Shown here one piece after another: positions 24,656 through 38,407 of a stretch of DNA of 54,435 nt. A model generated the notes under the pieces. It saw only the letters and a program-made list of their open reading frames with translations. It did not search any database and had not been told where the DNA came from. The position numbers and the translations under genes are program-made. Numbering within the stretch: position 1 is the stretch's first letter; every line of letters starts with the position of its first letter. The stretch spans positions 1 to 54,435 of the forward strand of contig JAQGDQ010001218.1 of assembly GCA_030141605.1 (NCBI GenBank), given 5' to 3'. The stretch comes from Tubiluchus corallicola. Taxonomy: Eukaryota > Animalia > Priapulida.

Positions 24656-27435
24656 TACGAATGTCAGGTGTACAGGAATGTCAGGTGTGCACGAATGTCA
24701 GGTGTACACGAATGTCAGGTGTGCACGAGTGTCAGGTGTGCACGAATGTCAGGTGTGCACGAATGCCAGGTGTACACGAATGTCAGGTGTGCAGGAATGT
24801 CAGGTGCACACGAATGTCAGGTGTACACGAATGTCAGGTGTGCACGAATGTAAGGTGTGCAGGAATGTCAGGTGTACACGAATGTCAGGTGTGCGAATGT
24901 CGGTTGTGGTGTGAAATGTCAGGTGTGGAATGTCAGGTTACACGAATGTCAGGTGTGCACGAAGTCAGGTGTGCACGAATGTCAGGTGTACAGAGTCAGG
25001 TGTGAGAAGTCGGTGTGGAAGTCAGGTGCATGTAGTGTGCGAATGTCAGGTGTACACGAATGTCAGGTGTGCAGGAATGTCAGGTGTACACGAATGTCAG
25101 GTGTGCAGGAATGTCAGGTGTACACGAATGTCAGGTGTACACGAATGTCAGGTGTGCACGAATGTCAGGTGTGCACGAATGTAAGGTGTGCAGGAATGTC
25201 AGGTGTACACGAATGTCAGGTGTGCAGGAATGTCAGGTGTACACGAATGTCAGGTGTACACGAATGTCAGGTGTACACGAATGTCAGGTGTACACGAATG
25301 TCAGGTGTACACGAATGTCAGGTGTACAGGAATGTCAGGTGTGCAGGAATGTAAGGTGTGCACGAATGTCAGGTGTGCACGAATGTCAGGTGTGCACGAA
25401 TGTAAGGTGTGCAGGAATGTCAGGTGTGCAGGAATGTCAGGTGTACACGAATGTCAGGTGTGCACGAATGTCAGGTGTACACGAATGTCAGGTGTGCACG
25501 AATGTCACGTGTGCACGAATGTCAGGTGTGCACGAATGTCAGGTGTACACGAATGTCAGGTGTACACGAATGTCAGGTGTGCACGCACGAACGTCAGGTG
25601 TGCACGAATGTCAGGTGTGCACGAATGTCAGGTGTGCACGAATGTCACGTGTGCACGAGTGTCAGGTGTACACGAATGTCAGGTGTGCACCAATGTCAGG
25701 TGTACACGAACGTCAGGTGTGCACGAATGTCAGGTGTACACGAATGTCAGGTGTGCACGAATGTCAGGTGTACACGAATGTCAGGTGTACACGAATGTCA
25801 GGTGTGCACGCACGAACGTCAGGTGTGCACGAATGTCAGGTGTGCACGAATGTCAGGTGTGCACGAATGTCAGGTGTGCACGGATGTCAGGTGTACACGA
25901 ATGTCAGGTGTGCACGAATGTTAGGTGTACACGAATGTCAGGTGTACACGAACGTCAGGTGTGCACGAATGTCAGGTGTACATGAATGTCAGGTGTACAC
26001 GAACGTCAGGTGTACACGAATGTCAGGTGTACACGAATGTCAGGTGTGCACGAGTGTCAGGTGTACACGAATGTCAGGTGTACACGAATGTCAGGTGTGC
26101 ACGAATGTCAGGTGTGCACGAATGTCAGGTGTACACGAATGTCAGGTGTACACGAATGTCAGGTGTGCACGAATGTCAGGTGTACACGAATGTCAGGTGT
26201 GCACGAATGTCAGGTGTGCACGAGTGTCAGGTGTGCACGAATGTCAGGTGTGCACGAATGTCAGGTGTGCACGAATGTCAGGTGTACACGAATGTCAGGT
26301 GTGCACGAATGTCAGGTGTACACGAATGTCAGGTGTGCACGAATGTCAGGTGTGCACGAATGTCAGGTGTACACGAATGTCAGGTGTACACGAACGTCAG
26401 GTGTGCACGAATGTCAGGTGTACACGAATGTCAGGTGTGCACGAATGTCAGGTGTGGACGAATGTCAGGTGTGGACGAATGTCAGGTGTGCACGAATGTC
26501 AGGTGTACACGAATGTCAGGTGTACACGAATGTAAGGTGTGCACGAATGTAAGGTGTGCACGAATGTAAGGTGTACACGAATGTAAGGTGTGCACGAATG
26601 TCAGGTGTACACGAATGTCAGGTGTACACGAATGTCAGGTGTACACGAACGTCAGGTGTGCACGTATGTCAGGTGTACACGAATGTCAGGTGTGGACGAA
26701 TGTCAAGTGTGGACGAATGTCAGGTGTGCACGAATGTCAGGTGTATAAAAATGTCAGGTGTACACGAATGTCAGGTGCACACGAATGTCAGGTGTGCACG
26801 AATGTAAGGTGTACACGAATGTCAGGTGCACACGAATGTAAGGTGTACACGAATGTCAGGTGCACACGAATGTCAGGTGTACACGAATGTCAGGTGTGCA
26901 CGAGTGTCAGGTGTGCACGAATGTCAGGTGTACACGAATGTCAGGTGTACACGAATGTCAGGTGTACACGAATGTCAGGTGTACACGAATGTCAGGTGTA
27001 CACGAATGTCAGGTGTGCACGAATGTCAGGTGTACACGAATGTCAGGTGTACACGAATGTCAGGTGTACACGAACGTCAGGTGTACACGAATGTCAGGTG
27101 TACACGAACGTCAGGTGTACACGAATGTCAGGTGTACACGAATGTCAGGTGTACACGAATGTCAGGTGTGCACGAATGTCAGGTGTGCACGTATGTCAGG
27201 TGTGCACGAATGTCAGGTGTGCACGAATGTCAGGTGTGCACGAATGTCAGGTGTACACGAACGTTAGGTGTACACGAATGTCAGGTGTACACGAATGTCA
27301 GGTGTACACGAATGTCAGGTGTACACGAATGTCAGGTGTACACGAATGTCAGGTGTACACGAATGTCAGGTGTGCACGAATGTCAGGTGTACACGAATGT
27401 CAGGTGTACACGAATGTCAGGTGTGCACCAATGTA
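24656..27435. repeat. 17-bp satellite GAATGTCAGGTGT(A/G)CAC, ~160 copies
   Basis: Homogeneous tandem array; all HECQVCTNVRC ORFs derive from it. Confidence 0.98.
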
Positions 27436-27650
27436 ATATTGCTGATTACACTTAATTATGCAATGGCTCATAACACTTGTTTATATCACATAATACTCTA
27501 ACTTAACGACCTTTGTTACTTGATAATGTATTTTTATAACTTGTTTATGCTTCTGTTTAATCGCTCACATTTCCCTGACCAATCGTTCTGCACCCTCAGC
27601 TTCCCGTTTCCTCTCATTGGCCAAGATTTATCTTCAGAGTAGTAATTATA

Positions 27651-27860
27651 GCAGGTGGTGTAGCTCAATGGTAGCGTGCCCGTTTCCCACCCAGAAGATC
27701 GAGAGTTCAACTCCCGATCGAGTCATACAAGAGACTTAAAGATGGTACCGCTGGTTTTTCGACCAAGCACGGCGGCTAACATGAGGGTAATAATAATCGG
27801 GACCACCTTGGAAACAAGTAGTGAGTTACTTATCCTGGTCTGTGTGCTAAAAGAATTCAT
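27651..27860 (+). mobile_element. tRNA-derived SINE-like element (degenerate)
   Basis: A-box tagctcaatggtag, B-box gagttcaactccc, followed by gagtcatacaagagacttaaagatggtacc, resembling a Mermaid/Meta-type SINE core. No intact cloverleaf acceptor stem. Confidence 0.6.
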
Positions 27861-28083
27861 ATTATTCCAACTATAACTACCAACCTAGAATCGATCCTAC
27901 AACCTCGTGCTAGCAGCACCATTTTACCGGAAGCATCTCAATAAATGCATCCGTTTTACTCCTGTTAATTGTTTAGGATTTTGTTATTGTCATTTCATTT
28001 TTGTTTTTGCTCAACTTATTCGAACGTTCTAAATTGACAACGTGAAATGTTCGCGAATTATTGATTCTTTTCATTCTGTGCCT

Positions 28084-28392
28084 CATATATCACTTCAGTA
28101 ATCCTAAAGTGAGAACACACAACTGCAAAAGCACTAGCAATTGAGCTTAGAGATTTCAACTTCTATATTTTTCTCTTGTAGTATTCTATTCATTGCATCT
28201 CTAAGAGCAGCTTTGAACCTGGAGAGTAGTTAGAAGACATATATCTCACTTCAATACTCCTAAAGTAAAAACACACAAGTGTAAAAGCACTAGTAATTGA
28301 GCTTAGAATTTCAACTTCTACATTTTTCTCTTGTAGTATTCTATTAATTGCATCTCTAAAAGCAGCTTTGAACCTGGAGAGTAGTTAGAAGA
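28084..28392. repeat. ~155-bp tandem duplication (2 copies)
   Basis: catatatc...gaacctggagagtagttagaaga occurs twice in tandem. Confidence 0.85.
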
Positions 28393-29589
28393 GAGTTAAT
28401 GACGGAATAAAGTTCATAATTCAAGGCTGAAGAGGCTGAGGCGCTTTTCCAATAGGCATTCTGAGCAAACGGTGATTAATTTAATGAAATTGATTGATTT
28501 AATATCGGGTTTACGTTGAATGAGGTTTTGATTAATAGATTCAATATTAACAACGCTATTCATTTTACAAAGCTGATCGATTACAGGGCGAGAGTAAAAA
28601 GGGGGGGTGATGAACAGACAGAGAAACGGTTGCACGAAAAAACAGCCAAACCAACTTCACTCCTTTCTTCTTCTTTGTTTTTTCTTCTTCTTCCACTTGT
28701 ACAAAGCTACGGATCACAATTAGCTCTAAAGCGTAGATGGAGAGGTGAGACAGCTGTAGCCACCGCCTCCTCCCCCCCCCCCCAGCATCTGCAGTGAAGC
28801 CTTTATGAACATAATTGGTTTGGCTTCGTGCAAAGTCAACTCAAACGCTTTTTTGCAATTACCATCTAAATCAGGACCTTGTAAATCTTAAGGCAAAACC
28901 GGATCTAATCTAGAACTGTAGATCAAAACAATCTACTCTTTAAAATATTGAAAGGAAACTTACTAGTTTTTCAAAAATGACATACGTGAAAGAATTAGTA
29001 CATCAAAAACACAATTTCACGTTCGCGCCACTATTCTTCGCTGTTACATGCATTTCGTCTTTCTCTAGTTAGACGGGCAAGAGCGTCTGCATTTCGGAAA
29101 CGTGTTGCGCAAAAACAGGTGCTGTACCTCTCAAGTTCATATGCGTTCGTTTCTGACGTACTGCACACGTTCGACAGCTCATGCGTGTGCACAGAGGTAA
29201 ATTTGAAATTGGAATTTTTATCTTAGAACTATGTTCGTTTATGTTCGTTTGTGACGTCATCAATAGTTGGGCTCCTCGCCATTAACTAGGATTTTAATCT
29301 ATTATTTAATTATCAGAAAGGTTTTTGCAGTATTAACTGTGTTGAAATGTTTACTTTTACCACTATCTGATTTGAAAATAGGGCAGTGTATGAAAAATCA
29401 TCCAGTCTTCCTCTAAGCCTTGATTCTCAGTAAATGATACCCCCAAACTGATCCCCATTTGCCGTTAAAGGAAAAAGAATGGTCTGAAGCGCCACGTCGA
29501 AAAACACCACGAGTTGGATTCGAACTTGGAAACTCTAAACCAGCACCTTCCTTTAAAGAATTTGAGGAAAGAAACATGACAGGAAAAAA

Positions 29590-30025
29590 ACAATTGTGAG
29601 CTGTTGTTGACAAACAAACCGAAGACTGTGTAGTAGAAACTGGGAAAAGATCTGCAATTGTAAAGAATTCCAAATAGAAGTAGTTCTGGCAGAACAAAAA
29701 TACAATTGTCCGCGGTTTTAAACAAATACCCTAAAAACTGTTAAGTAGAAACTGGAAGATGATCAGCAATTATAAAGAATTCCAAATAGAAGCAGCTCTG
29801 ACAAGCCAAACCACAATTGTGTGCTGTTTGTAATAAATAATCTAAAAACTGTGAAAAGGAAACTCGGAAAAAATCCGCAATTGTGAAGAATTTCTTATAG
29901 AAGCAGCTCTGGCAAGACAACTATGCAAATGTATGCTGTTGTTGACAAACAATTAAGAGACTGTGAAACAAGAACTGGAAAGGATCTGCAACTGTACAAA
30001 TTCCAAATAGAAGCAGCCCTGGCAC
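29590..30025. repeat. Degenerate ~118-bp tandem repeat (~4 copies)
   Basis: Recurring gaaactgg...gcaattgtaaagaattccaaatagaagcagctctggca. Confidence 0.75.
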
Positions 30026-30576
30026 GATAATACTATAAAAATTAAAGGAACATAATGTGTTTAGATGAATGGTGTGACGTATTTCTGTATTCTCTGATCA
30101 CATGTCAATCTACAATGTCATTATATAATAAACAATCTCCTTATTTGCTTGATCAACATTTGCATTCAATTAGCAGCAATGCTAACACTGTTTACATTAA
30201 CGCTACTAGTGACGTCTGTCGGCTAATTTGTCAACATAATGTACAAGTTTCTTGCAATAATTTGACAAGACTAACTTAACTTTCATTTCTGGCATCAAAA
30301 TGAAGAATTATTGCAACGTTTACCTGGGCAATATGTAACAACCCACCTGCTGTGTAGAGGTAATTTGTGATTATTTGTTGTACATTTATTATTAGAATGT
30401 AAGCAGGTGAGATGAAGAGAGGTCGTTACCTCATAATTATTCCTGGTTATAGCAGACGGTGTGTTTAAACGGGAAGTCACTTCTTTTGAGAGGAATAATA
30501 GACAGTGGATAACTCAATAAAATAACGGAAGCCATATCTACATTTGTGTACTACAGATCTGTAACCATTAAAATGC

Positions 30577-30856
30577 ATTGTTGTTGTTGTTGTCGTCGTC
30601 GTCGTCGTCGTCGTCGTTGTTGTTGCCTTTGTCGTTGTCGTTGACATTGTTTTCGTTGTTATTGTTGTTGTTGCCTTTGTCGTTGTTGTTGACGTTGTTT
30701 TCGTTGTTATTATTGTTGCTGTCATTGTCATTGTCATTGTCGTTGTTGTAGGTGTTGTGGTGGTGCTGTTGGTGGTTGTGTTGTTGGCGGTAGTCGTTGT
30801 TGTTGTTGTCGTCGTCGTTGTCACTGTTGTTGCCTTTCTCATTATCGTTGACAATG

Positions 30857-30888
<32 letters not shown>

Positions 30889-31075
30889 GGTTATCGTTCT
30901 TGCTGTTGTTATTATTGTTGTAGTCGTTGTTGTTGATGTAAATGTTGTTGATGATAATATATTGATGGCTATGTTGTTGTTTTTGTTATTGATGATGATG
31001 TTGATGTCGATGTCATTGTAGTTGCCGTTATCATTGTTAATGCTGATGATACTGATGCTGCTCATGCTGTAGTTA
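30577..31075. repeat. Compound (TTG/TCG/TGA)n microsatellite
   Basis: Direct inspection. Confidence 0.9.
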
Positions 31076-31744
31076 TTAAGCTGTACCAACAGCTGCAATT
31101 CTAATTCATAATTTTAAGACACATTAGTGATAAGATGACGTCATTACTAATCTTCACTAAACATGCCAAAGCTTGTCCAATAACATTCAAGCAAAAATTG
31201 TTTAAAATAACGTTTCGGTTACATTACGCGAATTAACAACACGGAAAGCAGCCATCTTGTTTACACTGTCGTTTTACAGAAAAACGCCGCATGTTTAGAT
31301 GAACGGCTCGTTGAAAGGTTAAAAAAACAAAGATCGAAATGAGTTTAAACGAAAAACTGTCTCCGTTTACGTTTCTGTGAAACGCTTTCAAAGCAAACAA
31401 GTCAAAAGAGAAATTAATGGACGAAGCACAAAGATGAATCAACATTGTTGTTATTAAAATGCATAAATTATGCAAATACAGGCAACAATGGTTCACATTT
31501 TAATGATAAATTACTTTACATTGATTTATTTATAACAGAACGTTTAAATTTAATAGTTAAACAATTTTCAATGGACAGATCTGTAGCTAAACCAAAATTC
31601 ACATTAATTTTTTCATGAATTAAAACTTTTTGGAAGGACTTTACAATTCAGCACACAACCTAACCCTAACCCTCAGAGTAGCAGCTTGTTTAAACATGCA
31701 AATACGTGTAATTAATAATGACAACGTAGAAACTACGCTAATAA

Positions 31745-32175
31745 AGTTTCTAACACACCACAAGTAATTATGTAATCGGCTCATTACATAAGCAACCATA
31801 AATCGCCACAATCACAAAATTTTACGATGAAAACACAACAAAAACTTATTTGGAACTGATATCGTTTTAAGAACGTACAGTGTCTAACACACCACAAGTA
31901 ATTGTGTAAGCGGCTCATTACATAAACAACCACAAATCGCCAAAGTCACAAACTTTTACGATGAAAACACAACAAAAACTTATTTGGAACTGATATCGTT
32001 TTAAGAACATACAGTGTCTAACACACCACAAGTAATTGTTCAAACGGCTCATTACATAAACAACCATAAATCGCCAAAGACAAAATTTTACGATGAAAAC
32101 ACAACAAAAACTTATTTGGAACTTATATGGTTTTAAGAAAATACAGTTTCTAACACACCACAAGCAATTGTGCAC
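31745..32175. repeat. ~133-bp tandem repeat (~3 copies)
   Basis: ctaacacaccacaagtaatt...ttttacgatgaaaacacaacaaaaacttatttggaact repeated. Confidence 0.85.
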
Positions 32176-33874
32176 ATAAAACGTTGGGTATATAAGAAGA
32201 TCTGTAAACATAATGAAGGAATAAACGGTTTGTAAGCTGTAACTCGCTTGAGACGAAGTTTGACAAATTTTTACTGCATTCTTTGGGTGAATTTCTTAAA
32301 GAAAAACCAGATCAAATCTTGAACTTTAACACAATGTGCTGTATATAAAATAGTTAAAGGAAATATACTATTTTTTCAAAATGGATTTACGAATGAAACA
32401 AATTATTACCACACAAACACAATTTCACGATCGCACCACTAGTTCTTCGCTCTTACATGCATTTCACCATTCGCTACTTAGACGGGCACCAGCGCCTTTT
32501 TTTTGAAAATGTTTTGCACAAAAAAAACAGGTGCTGTACCTCTCAGGTCAGATGTCTTACTTTGTGACGAACTGCACATGTTCGACAGCTCATTCGTGAG
32601 CACAGCAATAAACTCAAAATTTGAATTTATATCTTAAAACTTGCCTAGTTTTAGTACAACACACTGAATATCTTACAGTAGCGGTGTACATCAATTGTCG
32701 GTTTCATGTGCAAGAGACTCGTGAAGTATTTTTGCTGCTGAAATTTATGTTAGTTTGTGACGTCATCAATAGTTGGGCTCGCCAGCTGTTCATTAAATTT
32801 TTAATCAACAATTATCAGAAACGCCTTTGCAGTATTAATTGGATTAAAATGTATGCTTTTTATTGAACTTGAAAATGGGATAGTATATGAGAAATCATCC
32901 TGTCTTCCTTTAAAGGCTTTTGCTTAATGTCTCTTCTATTTTTAGTGGGTATGATGAGTAAACACATCCGGTGTGAATACGCTTTCAAACGACATATGTT
33001 TATATACATTATGGTCATCAATATCGCAAACTGAGACAGATTTATTATAATTTTAATGTCATAATAACCTTTTGTGGTGTGTTAACTTTTTTCACCACGA
33101 TTTAAAACCCATGATTTAAAATCTGCTTTTGTTCTGAAAATTTGCTTTTCCACCAAATTTTCTTAACTTTTTGCATTTTAATTTATTTGAGATGCTGCGT
33201 TTTCTTCTTCTGCTTATATTTCTTGCAAAATTTTGTTGTTATTAAAGGAAACGTCAAGTATTCTGGACAGTTAGTTTTATTTCAATGTTCGTGGAAAATT
33301 TTAGGAGGATTTAGTAATACAACTGCAATAAGCGCCTCGTGTAATTAGTAAAATCACTTTGACGTCACGATCACTTCATGCTTGGATGCTTCCATTTTCA
33401 ATGCCCATTCTTCTTCCAATGACGTCATTCGTCTTGAAGAAATGCAGCGCGCTGTCAATTTTCATTAAAGTATAAGTTTTTCAAAAACATTAGATAGCTG
33501 ATTTTGTAATATTTTTGCATCAACATTAGTTAAGCTGCAGAATTTATATAAACGTCACACACTGACGGAGAGCCACGATGCGCTTACGAAAAATCCCGAA
33601 ATCTCCCAGTTACGTCATAATTTTTAACGGAATTGCTTCGACCACCATTTTTCCACCAATGACGTGGTTCACCGACTAAATTTCCGTTAAAAAAGTATAA
33701 TACGTTTTTACAAAACATTAGATAACTAATTTTGTCATATTTTTGGTAAACATCAGGTTAGCTGTAGAAGTTTGAATTAGTTTAAGCAGCACATGCTAAG
33801 TCACTAGCACGTCACTAAGTCACTAGCACGTCACTAAGTCACTAGCACGTCACTTGCTTACTATTGTGCAAGGC

Positions 33875-34335
33875 AACTACGGCCATATCACTTTGAAAAC
33901 AGCGGTTCTCGTCTGATCACCGAAGTTAAGCAACGTAGAGCCTGGTTAGTGCTTGGATGGGTGACCGCCTAAGAATACCAGGTGCTGTAGGTTTGCGGGA
34001 TGCCCACACTGTATCTCGACACTAGGCGGAGGTGCTGCACAAGCAGCCAACGGCCATGTGTAGAGGAGTAAACCTTCCAAATCAGGAGTGGAGCCCCGAA
34101 GGCGCACCAGTGCAGCATGCTCACTGACTCCGCCAGCTCCTGCAGCCAACCTGGTGCCAAACGTATTGCTCCACTTTCCTTTGGACTACACCAGGGAGGA
34201 AGAGAGGGGGTTCCTGCGGTCTAGCCAACTCAGGATCTCCATACACCTTGCCCAGGCGTGCGCCCTGGAGACGTTCAAGGATCGGACTCTCTTGGCGCAC
34301 ATTCCATTGTCTTCCGAGACAGAAGGATGCCAACA
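33875..34335 (+). mobile_element. 5S rRNA-headed SINE (SINE3-type): 5S-like head 33875-33994 plus unique body
   Basis: Full-length 5S-like 120-mer (…gaagttaagcaacgtagagcctggttagtgcttggatgggtgaccgcc…gtgctgtagg) continuing into a body shared with the copy at 42885-43275. Confidence 0.8.
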
Positions 34336-34405
34336 ACATGATTGTACACGAGTTATTGCTGAAATTGTGCTGGTGTAATTAGCTAAGTTATTTATGATTT
34401 GATAG

Positions 34406-34504
34406 GCGATGGAATTGGAAACACCCGTGATAGCCAGAAATGTTCAAGGCAACACTTCCATAATTACACACTGCGAAACGGGGTTAATATATGATTCACC
34501 TCAA
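34406..34504 (+). CDS. GLT1D1: GLT1D1-like glycosyltransferase, penultimate exon (AMELETPVIARNVQGNTSIITHCETGLIYDSPQ)
   Basis: TTTGATAG| acceptor, CAA|GTGAGT donor, 99 nt, phase 0-0. GT-B/Glycos_transf_1 motif closely resembling recalled human AMDLEVPVLARNIPGN...HEVTGLLFSNPQ. Confidence 0.8.
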
Positions 34505-36310
34505 GTGAGTAGAATTTCATGTACATTTTTCATAAATCGTATTGTAAGAGTTGAACCTATGTTAACAGCCTGTGTCTCAGTTAATTTATTGTCTCTGTTT
34601 GAAGCAGAATAATTCTAACGCTGTAACATTTCAGCTGACAAATACCCGCATAGAAAAAATAGGGACCACGGGTGGTGAAACATGTGCACATAAACTTCTT
34701 TAATGTTCCTCTGTCGCTAGATAAGCACATATCATTAACAGCATTTATGTATTTAATACATGCATAGAAATGGCAAGCCTGAAACCTGGCACAAAACAAG
34801 GCCCAATACGCAGGGCGGGTGAGGGCCCCTTGGGGGAGGGCGAAGCGCCAGGGGGGGTGCCCAGAAAATTTTTGAACTTTCTAGAATGCCGGAGAAGCAT
34901 TTTCGAAGAGAAAATATGGAGTTCTACAGTTGTTAAAGGAAAGAACAATTGAAAGAAAAACTGCTTTATTCTCAAGACCAGTCCTTAATACTTACCAAAT
35001 AGTCAAATCAAAAACAACATCTTTGCAATATGTAATACCGTACTCTCACTTCCGTACAAGCCGGTGTTAGAAATTCCGAAATTGAAAACAGCTGAACATC
35101 GGCACCGAGCCGCACAAGGCAAACGGCACGCGTGCGGCAACAGAGAGAGAGGGAGAGAGGAGGCAGTATGTTCGCATAAAGCAAAAAAAAATGTTACCTC
35201 AGTGCGAGGCCCCCCTGGAGGGTGAGGCCCCAGGGAAGTATCCCCACTTCCCCCCTCTCTGGCAATACGTAAGGACAGACACGAGCTAACATGGTCAACA
35301 TTGTTGTTAAAGGGAGGCCATAACATTATTCTCAGCCACCCATTCAGTCGTTTAACACAATAGACCCTAATCAAAAAGATGCGTGTCAAAAAAGAGACGG
35401 CTCAGTGTCTCGGTCGTGAGTCACTGGAATATCGAGTACGTGCTTTGTTCAAAGGAGGGGAAGACCAAACATATAAATTCCCAGAAAATAAATTTCATGA
35501 GAAAATTCAAGCACAGGTGTCACCCTGTGGAGTGAAGACAGGTGTCAATAAGGATGCAGACCATGTAAATCGAGTCAAATTAAAATAGTATTGAACTCAT
35601 TCTTTCTTATCTTGTTGGCTTGCTTTCCTAATGATATCCATGTGTCGGAACTATAACATTCAGCACTTGAAGTTTGTAGTGATTATAGGATTACATTTTA
35701 TTTTGTTTAACCCTTTCAGTCCCAAATTATTTTTTAATAAGAAAAATTTTTTTGGCTTGGTACTTTTGTTCAGTATGTCCATCTTGTTTACACATAATAA
35801 TTATTTTTTCTACCTGTGCCCGCGTGCTAAATATAGCCTGTATCCCACGGGATACATTGGGATTCAATGGAAGCATAAAATGTGCTTCATTTTGCAACTG
35901 CTGATAATTTTTTAAAGTATTTAAGACATTTAGTATGCATGCAATGCTGATCTGTACAAAGTCGTCTCTAAAGTACTGTACCTTTTTCAGTTTTTTATGC
36001 TATGTAGATTTTCTAGTTTGCCATTTTATCACCATTTTTAGTCTATTGTTATTGGCTTAAATCAAAATAACTATTAACAGATCAAATAACTGTCAGTTTC
36101 AAAATTTTATTAATTTTAAAGGCAGAAAATATTCTTGTATCCCACGGAATACAACGGGTATGAAAGGGTTAAAGAGCAAAAACTTGATTCTTGAGTTTTG
36201 AACTTTTAATCCACTAATGTTTCTTGCAAGACACCTGTATCAGCCACCCAATCCATCCTGAATGATTTTTTAAATCGATGTTTGTTTCTCAACCATAAAC
36301 TGCTTTTCAG

Positions 36311-36478
36311 GATTTCATTGTGAAACTGAATGAACTGCGCACAACCCCGGGACTTCGGGAACGGTTAGTTACAAATGCAAAGTGTCTCGTCACGGACAGG
36401 TACAACTGCGAATCAGAGCAAGAGGCTTATCTAAAACATCTTAAAAGATTGATGCCGAATGCACATTGTAGTTTCTAG
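36311..36478 (+). CDS. GLT1D1: GLT1D1-like terminal exon (DFIVKLNELRTTPGLRERLVTNAK...EQEAYLKHLKRLMPNAHCSF*)
   Basis: TGCTTTTCAG| acceptor in phase 0, open to TAG at 36478; fits the GT-B C-terminal helices. Confidence 0.75.
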   Translation, partial: DFIVKLNELRTTPGLRERLVTNAKCLVTDRYNCESEQEAYLKHLKRLMPNAHCSF

Positions 36479-36557
36479 ATAAAACTAGCTGTATCCAAAA
36501 ATTTATTCAGTCATAATTGTCTCTGTTTTTAAATTAACTAATGTTCATTATTGTTTA

Positions 36558-37052
36558 CCGTATATACTCGCATATAAGCCGAATTTAGAACTATAAAATA
36601 CAATACTGAAATCAGGGGGTCGGCTTATATGCGCATGAAACAAAATGAACACAAGGACAGACACCAATGCCAATTTTCCAGCCACACATTTTCATCGCTA
36701 TCTGACTCTTTATTTGGTTGTGTGTCACCAGTGGTGTATTGGAGGGGGATCGTGGGGGATCGCCGTCCAATCACTTTTTTTTTAGAAAAAATTCACATTT
36801 CAATAAATGTCTGCTTTTTGTATTCATAAAAGTAAGCATTTTACATCTTTATAGTAAAAAATTTCTATGAACCAAAAATACCCAATTAACAAAATGTGAC
36901 AAAAAGGGATCAATTTTGTTGATTGGGTATGGAGTAAAATTAGACAAGTTGATGGTCGGCTTATATACGGGTTTTTGCAAAAACTGGCCATTTTAAAGCA
37001 GTTTTAGGGGTCGGCTTATATGCGATATAGGCTTATATGCGAGTATATACGG
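36558..37052. mobile_element. Tc2/pogo-like MITE (TA|CCGTA...TACGG|TA); near-identical copy 39664-40118
   Basis: TIR ccgtatatactcgcatataagcc, TA flanks, two very similar copies 3.1 kb apart. Confidence 0.9.
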
Positions 37053-38015
37053 TACTTTTTAAGTTAAAATTTGTGGAAAAGTGTTTCAGAATCAGAAATG
37101 TATATTTTTCAAGTCAAATGAGGAAAGAATAAGTAACATGGCATGTACCAGTAATGTTTATCGTAAACTAGTATTTAGTCTGCATTATAGATGTATAAAA
37201 GTGGATAGAACATTTACTTATTGTAAAAATTTGTAATAAATAGTGACCGTCATTTAATTTTAACACTCATAGTAACTTTCAGCTGAAGTAGATTCCGGTG
37301 TCATAGTTTATATTATATTGAAATCATGTTATTGTTATTGTAGTTTATTTATAGTCATGTTGAAATTAATTTTCGACCATTACTTCGACCAAACTGAATC
37401 CAATCAATTGTAACATTCGAAAATTTATTGTAATTTAAGTTAACTTATTAATTTTAAATTTTATTATTTATTAATCAGTTTAACGGACGTTGTTATGAGC
37501 AGCAGAGACTGTATCTGTTTTAATACTGATTCGTTGCTGTTTTAAAAATGTAGTTTTACAATGGCATCGAGACTCATAATGTGGTATTTTACGATGGACA
37601 ATTTTATTTTTTAACGTTGTTATTTTACACAAGTTTAATTTTGTGTAGAAATGAATATCTGAAAATAATTGATGACTTATCAGGAAATTTTGCATTTTCG
37701 TATTCATCTTAGGAACTATCTAGCAAACTTTGAAAGCATTCACGGTATTTGAATATTTTTGCTAGTTTTATTTTTTACAATATTATGTTTTACAATAATC
37801 AGGAGACTCTAATCACAAATTTCTACTGAAGCTGAATACTTTATATTTCAGCAAGGTACAACCAATTTTCTGTATCTAGTGCAGGCACTATACAACACCA
37901 TAAGAAACTCGAAATTCTTCAATATGAGACTACTTTGTTCAGTTTAACTGCATTCATTTTTACTCCCTAATTCAATTATCTTCGTAACTGCTGAATTCAG
38001 TGAGAAAACAAAACG

Positions 38016-38407
38016 CTAGCTTTCGTCTTCTCTGCTGTTATCGTTGTCGCATACTTCTTGTTCATCATCCGTCTCCTTGTTATCACTATTTACCTGTTCG
38101 TCTGATTCTTCACTTTCGTTCACATTACGATCTAGCTCATTCATCACATGTTCACATAACCCTTTTTGAATTCCTTCTTTCTCGTTGTCGCTTTCCTCTA
38201 TTTTCGTCAAATCTTTTTCATCTTTGTTGCTAGTGATCAAATCTGTCTCTTCCCTTTCCTTTGCGTCCAATTCGGTGATATTTTCTGCAACTGTCTCTGT
38301 GTTTGTCGATTCATGCTCCTCTACAGGCTCACATACAGACTTATCTTCAACATCTGAATATTCAGACTCTTCGTCTGTGGTATTGGTCTTCGTAATGCGA
38401 TTCTCTC
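38016..38407 (-). CDS. PRKRIP1: PRKRIP1 terminal exon, acidic low-complexity tail (total protein ~272 aa)
   Basis: ACTGCAG| acceptor in phase 1, open for 130 codons to TAG at 38016. Confidence 0.8.

Noticed and set aside
24620-27501. Long Cys-rich ORFs (up to 491 aa, HECQVCTNVRC...) resembling metallothionein/zinc-finger proteins
   Set aside because: They are translations of a 17-bp satellite that is stop-free in all three + frames; the period is not a multiple of 3 and there are no unique flanking domains.
27651-27725. tRNA gene
   Set aside because: A and B boxes are present but there is no complementary acceptor stem; it continues into SINE-like sequence.
33875-33994. Functional 5S rRNA gene
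   Set aside because: Diverged from the 5S consensus, not tandemly arrayed, lacks a proper oligo-T terminator, and is fused to a shared downstream body.
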